Made by a program: the position numbers and the translations under genes. From an uncultured Thermococci archaeon (GTDB lineage Archaea; CAYQAE01; CAYVLA01), in contig CAZJVP010000058.1 of assembly GCA_964549615.1 (NCBI GenBank), forward strand, positions 1 to 22,162: a DNA stretch of 22,162 nucleotides, read 5' to 3'. Positions 1-9,359 of the stretch are shown in pieces. Numbering within the stretch: the first letter of the stretch is position 1; each line of letters starts with the position of its first letter. A model generated the notes under the pieces. The model had not been told where the DNA came from. It made no database searches and saw only the letters and a list, made by a program, of their open reading frames with translations.

Positions 1-1
1 G

Positions 2-169
2 TATCCGGTATCTGTCGAGAACGCCCAAGACCTCCCCCACATTCCAGACCGAGAATGCGATCCGGAGGCTGCCAGTCTCGGCCTTTGAGTATATCCGATC
101 GACGAGGTCGGATCCCTTCTCCTCAACATACCTTTTTGCCATCGCGCTTGAGTCCAGATATGCGATCAA
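2..169 (-). CDS. vapC: PIN-domain (VapC-type) toxin, N-terminal part; continues beyond the window start
   Basis: Not in the ORF track. Manual translation from TTG at 169 gives (M)IAYLDSSAMAKRYVEEKGSDLVDRIYSKAETGSLRIAFSVWNVGEVLGVLDRYRI. This has the PIN 'YLDSSA..KRY..E.GS' start and the 'S.W...E' motif, and it overlaps the 3' end of the upstream small gene. Confidence 0.88.
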   Translation of the reverse strand, partial: MIAYLDSSAMAKRYVEEKGSDLVDRIYSKAETGSLRIAFSVWNVGEVLGVLDRYRI

Positions 170-443
170 CTCGGTCAGCCCTCATCTCCCTGATGGTTCT
201 TCCCGCCGACAGGTCCACTTTGGGACGGCTGGCAATGACCTCGGCGGAAGATGGATAGTCCCGGGGCTCCGCCCCCATGGCCGACAGCAGGGCTGTCAGA
301 GCCCCTTCAGCATCGAATATTCTGACCGACTCCGCGACGGTTTCGCCCAGCTTCCTGTAACTGCCATATCTTCTAAGCATCGTTTCCCGTAGCCTCCTCC
401 ACAGCTGCTCGTCGATCATTATGGTAGTCTTCACGACGCCCAT
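123..443 (-). CDS. Antitoxin (VapB-like, probable ribbon-helix-helix N-terminus)
   Basis: Likely start ATG 443 (MGVVKTTIMIDEQLWRRLRE...). It has a KTTI.IDE.LW strand-helix start and a '...IREMR' C-terminal motif typical of archaeal antitoxins, and lies directly upstream of and overlapping the PIN gene. Confidence 0.8.
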   Translation of the reverse strand: MGVVKTTIMIDEQLWRRLRETMLRRYGSYRKLGETVAESVRIFDAEGALTALLSAMGAEPRDYPSSAEVIASRPKVDLSAGRTIREMRADRVDRISGLKRDGKKVC

Positions 444-450
444 AGCCTCG

Positions 451-485
451 CCATATTTATGGTTTACCGTATAGCCATATAAATG
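451..485 (-). promoter_or_regulatory. Toxin-antitoxin promoter (TATA box) with probable antitoxin operator
   Basis: Minus-strand TTTATAT at ~483-477. CCATA-TT-TATGG palindrome at 451-462, plus CCGTAT (467) and CCATAT (475) repeats. Confidence 0.55.
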
Positions 486-719
486 TTGGCCGGCGATGAT
501 CGCCATCACCGAAGAAAGGAGGCACGATCGAACCATCCGTCAATCAACGCGGATTCAAGGCTGGGGTTATACGCACAGATCTCCTCTCCCCGACGACCTC
601 ATCTGGGTTGGCATGGATGGTAGCAGAGTATAGAGGCGCACGGGAGGATGGCTAGGGCGGGCCGGATGCGTAGCCTGGCTACTGGCTAGTTCTTCATTGT
701 TAAGGCCGGATCGGCGATT

Positions 720-1000
720 GGAGACTAGCGTGCACTCGACCGCCGGGACCGATGGCCTAACCCTTCGCTCAATTTCCCTGATGATTTGGTTGCCGATCTG
801 GATCGAGATTCCGACATCGACATCGACCTCGAGCTCCGCAAAGAGGTGGTTCCCGGCTGCGCCGGCCGCTTCACGCGGTAGTCCTTGACCACCTGGGTGG
901 ACTCCGCGGCATCGATCGCCTTCGGCATGACGTTGTCGTCCGGGCTCCTGTCCATCAACACGTCAGCCGCTTCGCGCCGAGCCTTATGCCGGTCAGAAGG
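720..1000 (-). pseudogene. Frameshifted C-terminal remnant of a cation diffusion facilitator (CDF/FieF-like) transporter
   Basis: Joined across two frameshifts: LLTGIRLG / REAADVLMDRSPDDNVMPKAIDAAESTQVVKDYRVKR / AGNHLFAELEVDVDVGISIQIGNQIIREIERRVRPSVPAVECTLV. This matches the end of CDF TM6 plus the cytoplasmic dimerisation domain. No N-terminal membrane domain is recognisable. Confidence 0.65.
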
Positions 1001-1113
1001 TCAGAAGGCCAGCTAGCCTTCCCATTTCCGCCTGCTGGCCCGCCCCGACCCATCATGTGGCCAACAACATGCTAAGCCGTTCCCCAGACTGGCGGCCTTC
1101 AGACAGTCGGATC

Positions 1114-1153
1114 TTTAGGCGAGGCAAAAATTCTTAAGTTTAGGGGTACCTAA
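1114..1153 (+). promoter_or_regulatory. Promoter of the dtxR-feoB operon with DtxR-family operator(s)
   Basis: Perfect inverted repeat TTAGG-GGTA-CCTAA at 1140-1153 and a degenerate TTAGG-CGAG-GCAAA at 1115-1128. They flank an A-rich BRE/TTCTTAAG TATA-like element ~25 nt before GTG 1161. Confidence 0.8.
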
Positions 1154-1160
1154 TCCAAGC

Positions 1161-1868
1161 GTGGAAGAGGCGCCCGAGGAGTACTTGGAAGCGCTGTACA
1201 AGCTGACCCGGGACGGAAATCCAATCAAGACAACCGAGCTTGCCAAACAACTCGGGGTCACGGCAGCGAGCGCAACCCAGATGTTGCAGAAGCTCGCCAA
1301 GAGGGGTTGCGTCGAGTACATCCCCTACAGAGGGGCCCGCCTTACACAGGAAGGAAAGAGCGAGGGCGCCAAGATGACGAGGAAGCATCGGCTGCTCGAG
1401 ACCTTCCTAGTTTCGGTCCTAAAGATGCGCGGCGACAAGGCCCACGCGCAGGCCTGCGAACTCGAACACCATCTCTCAGATGAGGCCGAGGAGGCCCTCT
1501 GTCGCATCCTCAAACACCCGGAGTTCTGCGCGGATGACAAGATGCCCATACCGCCCTGCGACAGCCCGTTCACGAGCTGCGCAGAATGCATGGCCGCCGG
1601 TACTCACTACGAGTCAAAAAGGGAGAAACCGATCAAAGCCCTCACCTTCCTCAAGAGGGGTGAATCCGCCAAGATCGCCTTCATCCGGGCTGGAAGGGGG
1701 GCCGTCCAGAGACTGTGCGACATGGGCCTCACGCCGGGGGCCCAGGTCAGGATGGTGACATCCGCTCCGTTGAAGGGTCCCGTTGAGATCGAGGTGAGAG
1801 GCTCGAAGCTCGCAATCGGCTGGGGGATTGCCTCAAGAATCTTCGTTGAGGCTGAGTCCCTTGTCTGA
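1161..1868 (+). CDS. DtxR/MntR-family metal-dependent repressor with C-terminal FeoA domain
   Basis: EEYLEALY winged [13 protein letters not shown] and ACELEHHLS metal-binding motifs; C-terminal '[10 protein letters not shown]...[15 protein letters not shown]' FeoA domain. Confidence 0.95.
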   Translation: MEEAPEEYLEALYKLTRDGNPIKTTELAKQLGVTAASATQMLQKLAKRGCVEYIPYRGARLTQEGKSEGAKMTRKHRLLETFLVSVLKMRGDKAHAQACELEHHLSDEAEEALCRILKHPEFCADDKMPIPPCDSPFTSCAECMAAGTHYESKREKPIKALTFLKRGESAKIAFIRAGRGAVQRLCDMGLTPGAQVRMVTSAPLKGPVEIEVRGSKLAIGWGIASRIFVEAESLV

Positions 1869-3810
1869 CGCCCAGGATGAGCTTCGCATTGCCCTAGCCG
1901 GCAATGCAAACGTGGGCAAGAGCGTCATCTTCAACGAGCTGACCGGACTGAGCCAAGTCATAGGGAACTGGCCCGGGAAGACCGTGAAGAAGGCCACGGG
2001 CACCCTCTTCTTCGAAGGCCGAAGGCTGAGCATAATCGACCTGCCCGGGATATACTCGTTTTCGACTTTCTCGGAGGAGGAACTCGTCTCCCGCCAGTAC
2101 ATCGCGGAGGAGAGGCCGGACGTCATAGTCAACGTCGTGGATGCCACGGTCCTGGAGCGCAACCTCTTCTTCACCCTTCAGCTCATGGAGCTGGAGGTCC
2201 CGTTCGTCGTCGCCCTCAACATGTACGACATCGCCAAGAGGACAGGAATCGACATAGACGTCCAGCGGCTCTCGGCTGAGCTGGGAGTCCCCGTCATCCC
2301 AACGGTGGCCGTCAAGCGGGTCGGACTGACCGAGATGCTGCGAGCTGCGATCCAAGTGGCGCTTCAGCGCCCACCGCCCAGACCGAGGAGGCTGAGCTAC
2401 GGGCCTGAGATCGAGTCCCGGGTGATGCTCCTGACCCAGATGATCAAAAGCAAGGGAAGGTCAGGAAGCTACCCCCCACGCTGGACCGCGATAAAGCTGC
2501 TCGAGCGGGACTCCGAGGTTGAGACCATGGTTTCCGATCGGGCGATCCTGGACGAGGCCGCGAGGCTGCGCTCCGAGATCGAGTCCATCCATGGTGAACC
2601 CATCGGGACGGTCATCACCTCTGAACGCTACACCCTGGCCCACCGGATCTGCTCGACCTCCCTAACTTTCAGGGAAAAGCCTCGCCCGACCCTCTCCGGC
2701 CGCATCGACTCGCTGACCACGCACGGGCTCTGGGGCTACGTATTGATGGCTCTCATAACGATTGGGATGTTCTATGCCGTCTTCTCCTTCGGCAAGTGGG
2801 CCTCGGGCATCTTGGAATCGGCTTTGGACCTGTTTCGCCCCCTCCTACAAAACCTGCTGGGCCCAGGCCCCGTTGGCAAGATCTTGGTGGAAGGCCTCGT
2901 GGAAGGGCTTTTCGCCGGGATAGCCATCGCCATCCCCTTCATTCTTCCCTTCTACCTCATGCTCTCCGTCTTGGAGGATTCGGGCTACCTCGCCAGGATC
3001 GCGTTCCTGATGGATGCCGCGATGCACAGGATGGGCCTACACGGCAAGGCCTTCATACCGATGCTCCTCGGCTTCGGGTGCAACGTTCCTGCCGTGCTGG
3101 GGTGCAGGATCATGGAGACGCGCAGGGAGCGGCTGATAGCCGCCTTCGTCTCCACGCTGGTTCCCTGCACCGCCAGGACCATCGTGATACTGGCCTTGGT
3201 CGGAAAGTACCTCGGGGTGACTTACGCCCTCTCCCTCTACGTCATCGACATCGGGATCATCTTCGCGCTTGGCCGGGTCGCCTACAAGACGCTTCCGGGA
3301 GAACCGATCGGGTTGATCATGGAGATGCCGTCCTACAAGAAGCCGTCCGGAAGGGTCATTGCTAGGCAGACATGGTTCAGAGTCAGTGGCTTCGTCAAAC
3401 TCGCGTTCCCGATCATCGCCTTTGCAGGCGCCGCAATAAAGGCGGCGGAGATCGCGGGCGTGCTCAACATCCTGTCCGACGCGATATCGCCCATCACCGT
3501 CGGCCTACTGGGCCTTCCCTCCGTCGTGGGGGTCCTTCTCATAGTTGGGATCCTCCGCAAGGAGCTCACCGTGTTGATGCTAGCAACGCTGCTGGGCACT
3601 CCACACTTCGACGCCGTTCTGAGCCCCCTGCAGATGTACATCTTCGCCTTCGTCGTCATGCTATACATCCCGTGCGTAGCCACCATCGCCGCCCTCGTCG
3701 AGGAGTTCAACTGGAAGGACGCTGCCTACGTGACCATATTCGAGATCGTCTTTGCGACAGCGGCCGGAGGACTCCTTTACCGAATCCTCCTGGCGCTCGG
3801 ATGGCACTAG
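1861..3810 (+). CDS. feoB: Ferrous iron transporter B
   Basis: G1 [17 protein letters not shown]3 DLPG, G4 NMYD; gate motifs [30 protein letters not shown]. Likely start TTG 1861, overlapping the regulator stop. Confidence 0.97.
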   Translation: MSDAQDELRIALAGNANVGKSVIFNELTGLSQVIGNWPGKTVKKATGTLFFEGRRLSIIDLPGIYSFSTFSEEELVSRQYIAEERPDVIVNVVDATVLERNLFFTLQLMELEVPFVVALNMYDIAKRTGIDIDVQRLSAELGVPVIPTVAVKRVGLTEMLRAAIQVALQRPPPRPRRLSYGPEIESRVMLLTQMIKSKGRSGSYPPRWTAIKLLERDSEVETMVSDRAILDEAARLRSEIESIHGEPIGTVITSERYTLAHRICSTSLTFREKPRPTLSGRIDSLTTHGLWGYVLMALITIGMFYAVFSFGKWASGILESALDLFRPLLQNLLGPGPVGKILVEGLVEGLFAGIAIAIPFILPFYLMLSVLEDSGYLARIAFLMDAAMHRMGLHGKAFIPMLLGFGCNVPAVLGCRIMETRRERLIAAFVSTLVPCTARTIVILALVGKYLGVTYALSLYVIDIGIIFALGRVAYKTLPGEPIGLIMEMPSYKKPSGRVIARQTWFRVSGFVKLAFPIIAFAGAAIKAAEIAGVLNILSDAISPITVGLLGLPSVVGVLLIVGILRKELTVLMLATLLGTPHFDAVLSPLQMYIFAFVVMLYIPCVATIAALVEEFNWKDAAYVTIFEIVFATAAGGLLYRILLALGWH

Positions 3811-6140
3811 GAGCGGCGCCCGGCCGGCGGGGGAAATCATTACAAGACTGGGACGGACCGTGGCCGCAGAGAGCCTTGCGCCGCGCCATCCACGCTGCCC
3901 TTCCTGTCATGGGGTTCACCTCCACGGTGGTGCAGGTCGTCCTCCTAAGGGAACTTCTCGTCGGCTTCCTTGGCAATGAGCTGTCCATCGGGGTGATGTT
4001 GGGCGAGTGGCTTCTGTTCGAGGCGTTGGGAAGCTGGGGGCTTGGCAGGTTCTCGCGGGACACCGAGCCGTCCGTTGGACATTACATCGCGCTCCAAGCC
4101 CTCGTCGCCCTGCTCCTGCCCTTGGCCGTGGCCCAATCAAGGATCGTGAGAAGCCTCGGGGGCTTCGTGCCCGGACAGGGTGCGGGCCTTCCATCGATCG
4201 CCTTTTTCTCCTTTGTGGTCCTAGCTCCACTGGCGCTGTGCGGCGGGGCCCAGTTCACGCTGGGCTGCAAGATCCTTTCGACGACCCGTGGCGCCCACGT
4301 GACGATAGGCTGGGCATACGTCTTGGAATCCGCAGGGGCCGTCACAGGCGGCATGGCCGCCACATTCCTTTTCGTCCCCCGGGTAAGCCCCGTGATCTCA
4401 GCCCTCACGATCGGTGCGCTGAACCTCCTTTCGGGACTGCTTCTAGTCATCGGAGAGGGCCCTCCGACTAGGCTCTACAGGATCGGGCGCCCCGCCCTCA
4501 TCGCCATGGCCCTCGTGGGCACCGCGTTCCTGCTCGTTTCTCCCACAGCGAGGATCATCGACGCCGCGACGCTGAAGGCCCGATGGAAGGGCTATCAGCT
4601 GATCGTTTCGGAGAACTCCGTCTACGGGAACATCGCGGTCATCGAACAGGCCGGCGAGGTCACCTTTTTCGTGGACGGCGTGGCGACGGTCACCTCGCCC
4701 CCGGATTTTGACGCCGCTAGGACGCTGGTCCACGTTGCGTTCCTTGCGAAAGGTGATCCAAAGAGGGTCTTGGTCATCGGCGGCGGAGCGGGGGGAGTTC
4801 TGTCTGAGATCCTGAGGTACGACGTGGACGAGGTCGTCTACGTCGAACAGGATCCCCTCCTGATCCAGCTTCTGCGGGATCATCCAACCGACACGACCAG
4901 GTACGAGTTCTCCGATCCCAGAGTCAAGATCGAGGGCACCGACGGCAGGCGGTTCCTGACGAACACCGGCGAGGCGTTCGACGTCATCCTGATGAACCTC
5001 CCCTACCCCTCATCGCTCAACCTGAACCGATTCTACACGGTCGAATTCCTGAGTTTGGCGGGGTCCAAGCTGGCCAGTGGCGGCGTCTTGGCATTCCCGG
5101 TTCCGGGCGCAACCGGATACCTTTCGATGGAAGAGCGCAAGATGAACGGCTGCATGCTCCAGAGCTTGGAACGGTCCTTCGCCCACGTCAGGGCAGTGCC
5201 CGGCGCACCCAGCATCTTCCTCGCCTCAAACGACCTCGACCTCTCGAGGGTCAGCCCTGAGGTGCTGTGCGAGAGATCGAGGTCAAGGGGGTTGGACCTG
5301 ATCGTTCCGTGCCAGCTCTTCACCGACCTGCTCAATCCCGCCCGTGAGGAGTGGTACCACGACTCCCTAGAAGCAGTCAGCGCCCGGACGAACCGTGACC
5401 TAAGACCATGCGCCGTGTTCTACTCGCTGGCATACTGGACGTCGATTTTCTCGCCGCGCCTCCTTTGGGCCGTGAACGCCATCGAGGCCGCAGGAGCTCT
5501 CCCGGTGCTAGCGTCCATCTGCGCCTTCGCGCTCATCTGCATCTGCCTCCAAACGCGGCTGCGGGCCAGGGGGCTTCTGCCCATACCGTTTCTCGTCGCA
5601 TCAACCGGCTTCTTCGGGATGGGGATCAGCGTCGCCGTGATCCTCGCGTTCCAGTCGTTCTTCGGCTACCTTTACCAGGAGATCGGACTGGTTCTGACCG
5701 CCTTCATGCTTGGCCTCTCGTTGGGCGGCAGCGCCATGAACAGGCTGATCGCCGATGGGAGATCTCCCGGACTCGCATGGGTGGAGGGTACGATCATCAT
5801 CTTCTGCCCGATCTTCGTCCTCGTGGTGCTTCCCCTCGGGGGCGTCGCCGGGCTCAGGGGCTACTCGGCCCTCGCCAAGATCCTGATGCTGGGGATGAAC
5901 GCGGTCTCAGGCCTTCTGGTCGGGGCCGAGTTCTCCCTCTCCAGCCGGGCGAGGTTGGTTGAAGAAAGGAGGCTATCCAGGGCTGCCGGGGCCGTCTACG
6001 CCTGGGACCTCATCGGGGCGGTGATCGGATCCCTGGCCCTCTCGATCATGCTCATCCCGCTCGTAGGCGTCGCCACCGCCTGCCTGTCCATCATGGCGCT
6101 GAAGCTCCTCAGCCTAGCGCTCCTTGTGACATCGCATTGA
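3801..6140 (+). CDS. Polytopic membrane protein with central spermidine-synthase-like SAM-binding domain (type A)
   Basis: N-terminal TM block (QVVLLRELL...GNELSIG), central S.YGNI / VLVIGGGAGG / VEQDP / DGRRFL / FYTVEF motifs, C-terminal TM block ending YAWDLIGA. The start is uncertain (3801-3909); the ORF-track extension to 3372 overlaps feoB. Confidence 0.85.
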   Translation: MALGAAPGRRGKSLQDWDGPWPQRALRRAIHAALPVMGFTSTVVQVVLLRELLVGFLGNELSIGVMLGEWLLFEALGSWGLGRFSRDTEPSVGHYIALQALVALLLPLAVAQSRIVRSLGGFVPGQGAGLPSIAFFSFVVLAPLALCGGAQFTLGCKILSTTRGAHVTIGWAYVLESAGAVTGGMAATFLFVPRVSPVISALTIGALNLLSGLLLVIGEGPPTRLYRIGRPALIAMALVGTAFLLVSPTARIIDAATLKARWKGYQLIVSENSVYGNIAVIEQAGEVTFFVDGVATVTSPPDFDAARTLVHVAFLAKGDPKRVLVIGGGAGGVLSEILRYDVDEVVYVEQDPLLIQLLRDHPTDTTRYEFSDPRVKIEGTDGRRFLTNTGEAFDVILMNLPYPSSLNLNRFYTVEFLSLAGSKLASGGVLAFPVPGATGYLSMEERKMNGCMLQSLERSFAHVRAVPGAPSIFLASNDLDLSRVSPEVLCERSRSRGLDLIVPCQLFTDLLNPAREEWYHDSLEAVSARTNRDLRPCAVFYSLAYWTSIFSPRLLWAVNAIEAAGALPVLASICAFALICICLQTRLRARGLLPIPFLVASTGFFGMGISVAVILAFQSFFGYLYQEIGLVLTAFMLGLSLGGSAMNRLIADGRSPGLAWVEGTIIIFCPIFVLVVLPLGGVAGLRGYSALAKILMLGMNAVSGLLVGAEFSLSSRARLVEERRLSRAAGAVYAWDLIGAVIGSLALSIMLIPLVGVATACLSIMALKLLSLALLVTSH

Positions 6141-7583
6141 GACGGCGGCCAACCACAACGACGAGAGCGAGAGCGCCCACGGCAGCCCCTTTTCCCGAAT
6201 GGGAATGGTGGGGTCGCCCTCCAGCTCCAGCAGCCTGCCCCGTCCCGGCTCGAGATCGTAGCTGAAGGACAGCGTGTCCCCATCGTCCCTAAATCCAACC
6301 GGACTGTTGGTGAGGCAGTCCAGAATCCTGTCGACCGTGTAGCCAACTCCAGCCTTTGACAGCGTGATGTAGGCGGTGTCCTTCTTCGTCACGTCCTTGC
6401 TGGCAATGAACAAGTACTTCCGGCCACTATCGGAGTGAAGGAAGGTGTTCACCGTGCCGGCACTGAACCTGCCCCCGCATCCTTTGATGGTAGCCGCGTT
6501 CTGGACCTTGGTCAGCTTCATCAACGTCGGGCCGATGATCTCAAGGTCCTGGTTTATTTCCCGTATCTCATCGAAGGTGTAGTTGCCGATGCCCTCGAGG
6601 GTCTCAAACCGGAACCAGTTGATCCCCTTGCACCCCGCCGCCAAGGCAAGATAGGCCTGCGCCCGCAGTTCGTTTGGAGCAGGCCGTTGGTTTATCTTGA
6701 ACGCCTGGGGGACGACGATCACCGGCACCCCGTACTGGTCCCCAATCTTCACCCACTGGTTGGCGTACGTCTCGTACTCGGAAAATCCGCTCCCGACCGC
6801 GTAGGCGAGTACATAGCAGTCATACATCAGGACGGGCGGCTTCGGGGCGGGCGGATTGCCGTACCCCGTCGCCTTGGCCATGTACTGCTTGGCCGCCGCC
6901 TGGCCTTCCTCTCCCCATATGAAGATCCCGGTGATGGTCGGCGGCAGGAAGGACGAGTTCACCGACGAGCCGAGCCTGCAGAATGCGGCATGCACCCTCG
7001 CAATCCTATCGATCACCCCCGGGGCATTCGCCTCCGGCTCATCGAAGGCGTAGTAGCCAACGAGAGACGGGTGGTAGGTCCCCAGCTCCTGGATCGTCTG
7101 TTTCACCTGCTCGTCCAGCTCCTCGTCGGTCAACGGCTTCGTGCCATCTGGACCTTGGTTGAAGGGCGCGGGCACATCTGGCCAGACATAGCCGTAGAGC
7201 TTGAGCCACTCCAAGATGTTGTCCCACCTGAGCGCGATGTCCCCGACCTTGGCGTACGGCGGATCCCCGAACCTGATCCAACAGATGAGCGGGATGGACG
7301 GGATGCACTTCATCCCGGCCTGATCTGCGATGTCCAGGAAGATCCGGCTGTTTGAGGTCTTCCCGTGGAAGCTGTTAAGAAGGTTGACCCCCATACCCGC
7401 AATCGTCGAAATCTCGCTGGGGTAGGACGCCGGATCGCCCTGCGGGGTCACGCAGATCATCCCGCGCACCGTCATCGTCGACAGCTCATACACTCGATCC
7501 TCAGCTCGAGAGACGTGGATGGTCAAGCCGGTCACCGTAAGGAGCAGGCCCAAAACGATAGCCCTTCTCTTGGCGCTCCGCAT
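6114..7583 (-). CDS. Secreted/surface glycoside-hydrolase-like (TIM-barrel) protein
   Basis: Signal peptide from ATG 7583 (MRSAKRRAIVLGLLLTVTGL...). GYYAFDEP acid/base-like motif, 'ELRAQAYLALAAGCKGINWF', C-terminal beta domain (LEPGRGRLLEL) and a hydrophobic tail. Substrate cannot be determined. Confidence 0.65.
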   Translation of the reverse strand: MRSAKRRAIVLGLLLTVTGLTIHVSRAEDRVYELSTMTVRGMICVTPQGDPASYPSEISTIAGMGVNLLNSFHGKTSNSRIFLDIADQAGMKCIPSIPLICWIRFGDPPYAKVGDIALRWDNILEWLKLYGYVWPDVPAPFNQGPDGTKPLTDEELDEQVKQTIQELGTYHPSLVGYYAFDEPEANAPGVIDRIARVHAAFCRLGSSVNSSFLPPTITGIFIWGEEGQAAAKQYMAKATGYGNPPAPKPPVLMYDCYVLAYAVGSGFSEYETYANQWVKIGDQYGVPVIVVPQAFKINQRPAPNELRAQAYLALAAGCKGINWFRFETLEGIGNYTFDEIREINQDLEIIGPTLMKLTKVQNAATIKGCGGRFSAGTVNTFLHSDSGRKYLFIASKDVTKKDTAYITLSKAGVGYTVDRILDCLTNSPVGFRDDGDTLSFSYDLEPGRGRLLELEGDPTIPIREKGLPWALSLSSLWLAAVSMRCHKER

Positions 7584-7883
7584 GGACCCCCGACCCCGAG
7601 CCGAATCTATTAGTGTTTCGGTGGGGAGGGAGGAGGATTGCAGGCATTGAGGTCGAGGAAAAGATAAATGCCGCTTCACACGTTCTTGATTAGGTCGCCG
7701 AGGACGCGTCCGTTCCCAGGAGCATAATGAGAGCTGCGAAGGAAGCCCGCGACTGGCTCGAGGGTGTCCGTGCAAGCTCTGCTGCCAATCTCCTGTACGA
7801 GATCGGGGCTTGCCGCATGCCGCCCCTGAAGATCGATCCGCGTTGGGCACATAACTGTGCCCCCTCGCGTCTCCGCGTGGAAT

Positions 7884-9158
7884 TCAGCCGGCTTCCTCTT
7901 TGCCTCGCGTGGTGACGACCTCCCGGTAGAGCCTTCGCCTAACCATGAGGCTCCAGAGAACGAATCCTGATATCAAACAGGCACCGGTAACCACTAGCCA
8001 TTCCGCGAGGTAGACCCAGAACAAAGCCCTGTCCTTGATCTCCACTGCTTTTGTGCTGATCCTGTCCAGAGCCGAATGCACCTCTTGCAGAAGCCGTCCA
8101 GTTTCCTCGTATTCATTCATCCGATAATGGTTCTCGGCCGTCTTCTTCACTGAACCAATCTGCTCCAGCTCGGCGCGCAGCGCTACGGTGTTGGCGCCGA
8201 ACTTCTCTGCAAAATCGAGAACAGAAACCGCCAAGCCCACTTTCGCGATGTAACCGTTTACATCCTCTCTGAGTCTGTGCACAAGATAGATGTCGGATGG
8301 CAGTGGCTTGTCTGCTGCCAAGTAAGCCAGATAGATCAAGAAGTCTTGATACCAGCCCCACATAATCCACGGCCTGAGCACAAAATCGTTTTCCCACGCA
8401 CCCGCAGCCTCGCCCAACACCTTGCCTTTCCCTGTTCTCCACCATGCTATCCAAGGGTAGGTCGCGCCTCCTATTCCAACCTCGACCGTTCGAGCTATCT
8501 CCGTTGCTCCTAGCTTGGGTCTCACCTTCTTCATCTCTTCAAGGAGGAGATCCGGCTCCCAGGGCAGACGTGCAAGTGGATGTTCTGAGTCAAGGAACTG
8601 TGGGCGGAACCGGCCGTACCAGGTTGCCTGCTCTCCGCCGAAGCATTCAAACGGAAGGATCTGGTCGAGCATGGTCTCTCCCCACGACCCATACAGCCAA
8701 GGGCCTTCCAATCCTGCCCCCCAGGAGGCGTCTCCGTGCCACATGGTCAGGGATCTTCCCTCGTCTACTACGGCCCTCACGAACCAGGACATCCACTTGG
8801 TGTCGAACCGGATCTCTGGGATCTGAGCTAGGCTGACCGGTGCCTCGTGCAAGATCACTAGGTCGTAATGTCCCACCAGGTCCTCGTAGGATCTCGGCAT
8901 ATACATCCTCATCCACCTGTTCAACATGCTAGCGTCCATACCGAGGTCGTGAACCGTGTAGTGTCCGGGCATAGGGACAAAATGTATCGATACGCAAGGA
9001 TCCGCGTCAAGATGGTTGCGGTGAAGGGAGCCGAGAGCGCGGCTAATATACAAGGCGTCGATGACCAATGGGGTAGCAACGTCTCCCAATGCCGGGCACA
9101 TGAGAAAAGCGGTGACCAACAGCGGTGCGAACAGAACTGCCTTCCTCGTTTTCCTCAC
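7884..9158 (-). CDS. Membrane-anchored hypothetical protein: signal peptide, class I glutamine-amidotransferase-like fold, helical stalk, C-terminal TM
   Basis: Likely GTG 9158 (RKTRKAVLFAPLLVTAFL...), with a TATA-like AAAAGCTTAAG ~35 nt upstream. Contains YDLVILHE, 'W..T.LDQILP' and 'W..GKGKV' segments resembling GATase1-like domains; ends ALFWVYLAEWLVVTG...VRRRLYREV. Confidence 0.7.
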   Translation of the reverse strand: MRKTRKAVLFAPLLVTAFLMCPALGDVATPLVIDALYISRALGSLHRNHLDADPCVSIHFVPMPGHYTVHDLGMDASMLNRWMRMYMPRSYEDLVGHYDLVILHEAPVSLAQIPEIRFDTKWMSWFVRAVVDEGRSLTMWHGDASWGAGLEGPWLYGSWGETMLDQILPFECFGGEQATWYGRFRPQFLDSEHPLARLPWEPDLLLEEMKKVRPKLGATEIARTVEVGIGGATYPWIAWWRTGKGKVLGEAAGAWENDFVLRPWIMWGWYQDFLIYLAYLAADKPLPSDIYLVHRLREDVNGYIAKVGLAVSVLDFAEKFGANTVALRAELEQIGSVKKTAENHYRMNEYEETGRLLQEVHSALDRISTKAVEIKDRALFWVYLAEWLVVTGACLISGFVLWSLMVRRRLYREVVTTRGKEEAG

Positions 9159-9359
9159 CCCAAACCGGTTTTTTCCTGCCCCACTCGTACTTAAGCTTTT
9201 CCCGGATCGAGAGATGCGGCGCAGAGCCTTATCTTGAAGCTTTCGCTCGACACGAGAGGCCGGGTTGGTTCCATGGGGAGATGAGGTGAGTTTCAAGAAA
9301 CAAAAAGAGAATTTTGGCATGGCAAACCGTGAATGAATTCAAGGAGTCTCGGGCATTTG

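Noticed and set aside
3372-3800. N-terminal extension of the 922-aa ORF
   Set aside because: Arg-rich off-frame shadow inside feoB; the recognisable protein starts at or after 3801.
6435-7355. 306-aa + strand ORF, and similar long ORFs at 12402-13115, 13366-14193, 14693-15421 and 20059-20661
   Set aside because: Antisense shadows of well-supported genes, expected in high-GC DNA, with no motifs.
9290-9345. AT-rich stretch as an IS terminal inverted repeat
   Set aside because: No partner repeat or target-site duplication found by eye.
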